DNA of 25,264 nt. Source: a virus. Taxonomy: Duplodnaviria; Caudoviricetes. The DNA lies in the IMG/VR virus record IMGVR_UViG_3300005326_000120, positions 1-25,264 of that record. One strand, 5' to 3'. This document shows, in pieces, positions 24,824 through 25,264 of this stretch (position 1 is the stretch's first letter; every line of letters begins with the position of its first letter). The notes under the pieces are model-generated. The model was not told the origin of the DNA, searched no databases, and saw nothing but the letters and a program-made list of their open reading frames with translations. A program made the position numbers and the translations under genes.

Positions 24824-25030
24824 ATGGAAAAAAAATCATTCAAAAAAGAACCGGAAGAATCCCCTGAAAAAGAAGTCTTCAGAATTCACATAGACGATAT
24901 TAAAAAACGCGGAGTAACCCAATGCGTAAAGCACGTCTGGAGAAAACTAGACGATCAGAATATAGAATGTGTTAATTGCCCGACTGCGATAATCGTAAAT
25001 AATTCAGATAATTTTATAAATAATGGTTGA
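24824..25030 (+). CDS. Small zinc-ribbon-like protein
   Basis: CVKHVW...ECVNCP. Confidence 0.7.
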   Translation: MEKKSFKKEPEESPEKEVFRIHIDDIKKRGVTQCVKHVWRKLDDQNIECVNCPTAIIVNNSDNFINNG

Positions 25031-25264
25031 TATACCAACAACTAAATACACATCTCAGGACATAGATAATATGTCTTTTGATGATGAGCTGAAAGTATCT
25101 GTCACTGAAATTATCGGAGCTGACGGTATTCTTAAAAATCCCGCCACCGAAGCCAAGCAAGACGATATAATTTCAGCAATCAATGGAAACTACGACACAG
25201 TAGAAGTCAACAAAACAGCTTATCCAACTATTACCGTGGTTAAGAAATTAAGTGGAGCTACTAT
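25023..25264 (+). CDS. Partial ORF running off the window, possibly virion-associated
   Basis: Read by hand: MVDIPTTKYTSQDIDNMSFDD...ATEAKQDDII..., with no stop before the window end. Confidence 0.65.
   Translation, partial: MVDIPTTKYTSQDIDNMSFDDELKVSVTEIIGADGILKNPATEAKQDDIISAINGNYDTVEVNKTAYPTITVVKKLSGAT

Larger units (their letters stand above)
1..25264 (+). mobile_element. Tailed phage/prophage segment (podovirus-like late region plus preceding small-gene region)
   Basis: Co-oriented terminase, portal, scaffold, capsid, adaptor, nozzle and internal virion gene order. No tape-measure or tail-tube genes seen. No att site or integrase in the window. Confidence 0.95.

Noticed and set aside
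1-25264. Stop-codon reassignment (code 15, 4 or 25)
   Set aside because: Long genes are intact under code 11, and TAA, TAG and TGA all end genes at natural boundaries, often coupled to the next start.

Overview
A 25 kb segment of a tailed dsDNA bacteriophage or prophage with podovirus-like (P22/T7/N4-type) morphogenesis genes, read in standard code 11 and almost entirely on the + strand. Bases 1-3630 hold an array of tiny, often Cys/His-rich ORFs separated by repeated AT-rich leaders, plus a structured non-coding island at 3179-3426 that includes a degenerate tRNA-like element. A consensus sigma70 promoter at 3630-3657 is followed at once by a terminator and a structured leader. The late operon then runs: terminase small and large subunits, portal, small protein, scaffold, N4-gp56-like major capsid protein, GroES-like protein. 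A glycan synthesis and decoration cassette follows (GT4+DUF616 fusion, GT4-like, GT2/GT7-like, SAM methyltransferase, GNAT, DegT aminotransferase), wedged between the head genes and the adaptor, nozzle, tail, LamG and internal virion genes. Near the end are two opposite-strand membrane-protein morons and further small genes. Genes lack Shine-Dalgarno motifs while the promoter is TTGACA/TATAAT, which suggests but does not prove a Patescibacteria (CPR)-type host. No integrase, lysis or replication genes were recognised. All functional calls come from motif recognition by eye, not from database searches.
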